Shown in pieces: positions 63,569 to 64,000 of a stretch of 64,000 nucleotides of DNA. A model generated the notes under the pieces. It ran no database searches. It was not told the origin of the DNA and was given only the letters and a program-made list of their open reading frames with translations. The stretch's first letter is position 1. Each line of letters starts with the position of its first letter. The stretch lies in assembly GCF_006345805.1 (NCBI RefSeq), contig NC_043016.1, positions 12,586,001 to 12,650,000 of the forward strand, read 5' to 3'. The translations under genes were made by a program, and so were the position numbers. This DNA is from Octopus sinensis. Its lineage: Eukaryota.

Positions 63569-64000
63569 TATATATATATTGATGTGTGTACAACGATGAA
63601 TTTCTGATAAGGTTTTCAGTTTTTCCCAAGCTGTGTTTGGTGTTTGTAGTAGTTATAACTTATTAGTAATTTAACTGTTTGGATTGAGTTCTTTGACACT
63701 ACTTTCTGTGAAGACCATTTAATTAGCACGCTGGTGGTTTGAAAAAAAAAATACTATATGATTAATGAAATTTAACAACTGTGCATTATGTTCATAAAGA
63801 AATATAAGGTTTATATATTTATTTATCATAATATCAAAATATTATGAGACATTTTGGTGCCAAGTAGAGAATGAACAGGCATTTAAACTGCCTATATCCA
63901 ACCAAAATATTCTGTCTGTTCTATGTTCAAAGTGACCAGTTGTAGCCTCTCATACCTACCCTACAATCTAATTCTAAATATATACAATCACATCATTAAA

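Overview
AT-rich, microsatellite- and transposon-dense animal genomic DNA. The repeat families look like those of a coleoid cephalopod (Octopus-like); this is inferred from memory of those families. The only host gene I can support is BCKDK (mitochondrial branched-chain alpha-ketoacid dehydrogenase kinase) on the + strand. It has seven coding exons (8727-8930, 33546-33614, 41914-42024, 45110-45157, 46225-46344, 47035-47133, 54783-54856) with GT-AG introns and continues past the window end. Its introns and upstream region hold a 5'-truncated RTE LINE with a PHD finger after the RT domain, many RTE-tail repeats, two tRNA-type SINE families, three maT/mariner-type relics, a non-autonomous Helitron, piggyBac/hAT/Tc1-type MITEs, CR1-like and Penelope (GIY-YIG) fragments, and a 1.7 kb TA/TG microsatellite. 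Most ORFs in the supplied track are repeat artefacts. Main leads: (1) several unrelated foldback and short repeats carry minimal Penelope-type hammerhead-ribozyme motifs, two of them with a U3-A8 core variant; (2) an in-frame uORF is separated from BCKDK by a single UAG, an ADAR-preferred triplet; (3) a diverged copy of the exon 5 3' end lies behind a strong acceptor in intron 6; (4) there is a ChoRE/CLEAR-like E-box pair upstream of the gene. All alignments and folds were done by eye, and repeat boundaries are approximate.
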